Positions 63,136 through 64,000 of a stretch of 64,000 nucleotides of DNA are shown in pieces. The translations under genes were made by a program, and so were the position numbers. The number at the start of each line of letters is the position of its first letter. Positions within the stretch are counted from its first letter, which is position 1. The notes below the pieces were generated by a model that was not told where the DNA came from, did not search any database, and saw nothing but the letters and a program-made list of their open reading frames with translations. The stretch covers positions 28,954,001 to 29,018,000 of the forward strand of contig CM126224.1 of NCBI GenBank assembly GCA_052327205.1, written 5' to 3'. The DNA is from Somniosus microcephalus. Taxonomy: Eukaryota.

Positions 63136-64000
63136 GTAAGTATTGGCTGTTCGCTTTAGCAGTTAAGTTAATATAAGGAACTGAACATATATAACAGTTC
63201 TTACAGTTCACACTTAGAATTTTCCATTTAATAACCCATTTAGTCCTGACATTCTCAATTTGCAGATCATTATATGTTGCAAGCTTAGCATATTGGCCCT
63301 GCATTTAGCATATTGAATGCTTTTATGTCTTAGGGCTTTTATTCTTGCACAAACTACATTGTCAGGTAACATATGGTAAGTGTGACAAGTGTTTTACTGT
63401 GTAACTTCAGTTAATGTTTATCATGTTACACTACATCAAGAGTTGCAAGACGTGTAATATACTTCACAATGCACCTGACATGTTAATCTCAGTTAAACAA
63501 AAACATTTTTTAAAAACCTGAAATGTTCAGAGTACTGTTTACATATTTAGTACCTATATGTTAAGATGCATTTTCATATGTTGCCCGCTCCCGTATGTCT
63601 GATGATATTTTACAATAGTAGCCTACTGCATTTCAGATTGTCCTATTGTTGGTCTTAACCTGACAGTGTTAGCTCAGTAACCTAAATCCAAAGGGTCCAC
63701 TCACCTATGTTAAAGCAAACGTGCCTCTGCTTTTGAGCCTGCTTTGGTTTCAGTAAACTGTTAGCATTAGATTGCCTAAATGGAGAATTGGCCATAGTGA
63801 TCTGTCATTAACCGTAGTCAGATGTCTGATTCGTTCCATTTTCCGCCTGTGGTGACATGAAGCAGACTGACAGTTTGTTCAACTTTATTCCGCGTTGTTA
63901 TCAATAATGAATTAAATTAACAAAGAGGAGATACTGCTGTGTAGGGATGTAAAAGGATTGATGTGTGTTAGACTGGGTTGTGTGTGTCAGGGAAGAACAA

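Overview
Vertebrate genomic DNA, almost certainly from an elasmobranch (shark/ray), judged from HE1/V-SINE pieces, a Deu-domain SINE and shark-type CR1, L2 and RTE LINEs. The whole window lies inside one large + strand gene, DENND1A (connecdenn 1, a Rab35 GEF). Eight GT-AG coding exons (6749-6850, 8624-8714, 13985-14025, 19021-19092, 22586-22642, 33239-33370, 54076-54135, 63047-63135) splice into one open frame covering the end of the DENN module and the start of the Pro-rich tail; the gene start and end are outside the window. The introns hold many transposable elements. The most notable is a full-length but decayed 4.58-kb two-gene PIF/Harbinger transposon (DDE transposase plus Myb/SANT gene, TAA target duplication), nested in a CR1 LINE and itself carrying two identically truncated HE1 SINE halves. 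Also present are a CRE/E-box-rich solo LTR, a Penelope hammerhead remnant fused to an RTE fragment, and several MITEs. TE-poor intronic blocks look like conserved developmental enhancers, plausibly for neighbouring LHX2. The most testable new observations are two in-frame 9-nt microexon candidates and a recursive-splice or terminal-exon site. No prokaryote-type system (CRISPR, operon) is present, and I found nothing that is clearly a new biological system. Family names and homology statements come from my recall of sequences, not from database searches.
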